Source: Candidatus Sumerlaeaceae bacterium | GTDB taxonomy: Bacteria > Sumerlaeota > Sumerlaeia > Sumerlaeales > Sumerlaeaceae | Assembly: GCA_049968255.1 (NCBI GenBank) | Contig: JBMFRB010000016.1 | Coordinates: 1 to 18,392 of the forward strand | Length of the DNA stretch: 18,392 nt | Direction: 5' to 3' | The notes under the pieces: generated by a model | Database searches by the model: none | Told to the model about the DNA's origin: nothing | The model's input: the letters and a program-made list of their open reading frames with translations, nothing else | In this document: in pieces, positions 18,179 through 18,392 of the stretch | How the letters are laid out: the number at the start of each line of letters is the position of its first letter | Numbering within the stretch: position 1 is the first letter of the stretch | Program-made: the position numbers and the translations under genes

Positions 18179-18392
18179 ATGGAAAACGGCCAACTCACCT
18201 GGATCACCAATTTCATTTGGGGCATCGCCGACGACGTCTTGCGCGACCTCTACGTGCGCGGCAAGTACCGCGACGTCATTCTCCCGATGACGGTGATCCG
18301 TCGGCTTGATGCGGTACTGGAGCCCACCAAGCAGGCCGTGCTCGAGATGAAAGCTTCGCTCGACAAAGCGGGGATCGTCCACCAGGACGCTG
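18179..18392 (+). CDS. hsdM: Type I restriction-modification methyltransferase subunit M, 5' part (truncated by the window; absent from the ORF track)
   Basis: AAGGAGGAG RBS and ATG 18179, translating to MENGQLTWITNFIWGIADDVLRDLYVRGKYRDVILPMTVIRRLDAVLEPTKQAVL..., the HsdM N-terminal pattern FIWxIADxLR...YxxVILPxxxxRRLD. Confidence 0.9.
   Translation, partial: MENGQLTWITNFIWGIADDVLRDLYVRGKYRDVILPMTVIRRLDAVLEPTKQAVLEMKASLDKAGIVHQDA

Noticed and set aside
18040-18382. ORFs 18040..18309 (+) and 18086..18382 (-)
   Set aside because: Out-of-frame or antisense overlaps of hsdM.

Overview
This is a bacterial chromosomal window of roughly 55-70% GC by spot counts. From left to right it contains tRNA-Asn(GTT), an orphan aroB, and a tightly coupled 4-gene minus-strand operon. 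That operon encodes a cobalamin-binding-domain protein with a CarH-like W-x9-EH cap but Met in place of the cobalt-ligating His, followed by a DevC/MacB-type permease, an ABC ATPase and a HlyD-type adaptor. Divergent from it is a secreted GH113 glycoside hydrolase with a CBM-like domain and a short C-terminal PVPVVVSLLEIE tail. Next come a complete bidirectional group 3d [NiFe]-hydrogenase operon hoxEFUYH-hoxW, a degenerate ThuA-like protein, speA followed by a DUF523/TudS-family gene, and the 5' end of a type I R-M hsdM running off the right edge. The best candidate for an undescribed system is the altered B12-domain protein plus exporter operon. All calls come from motif recognition by eye; no searches were run.
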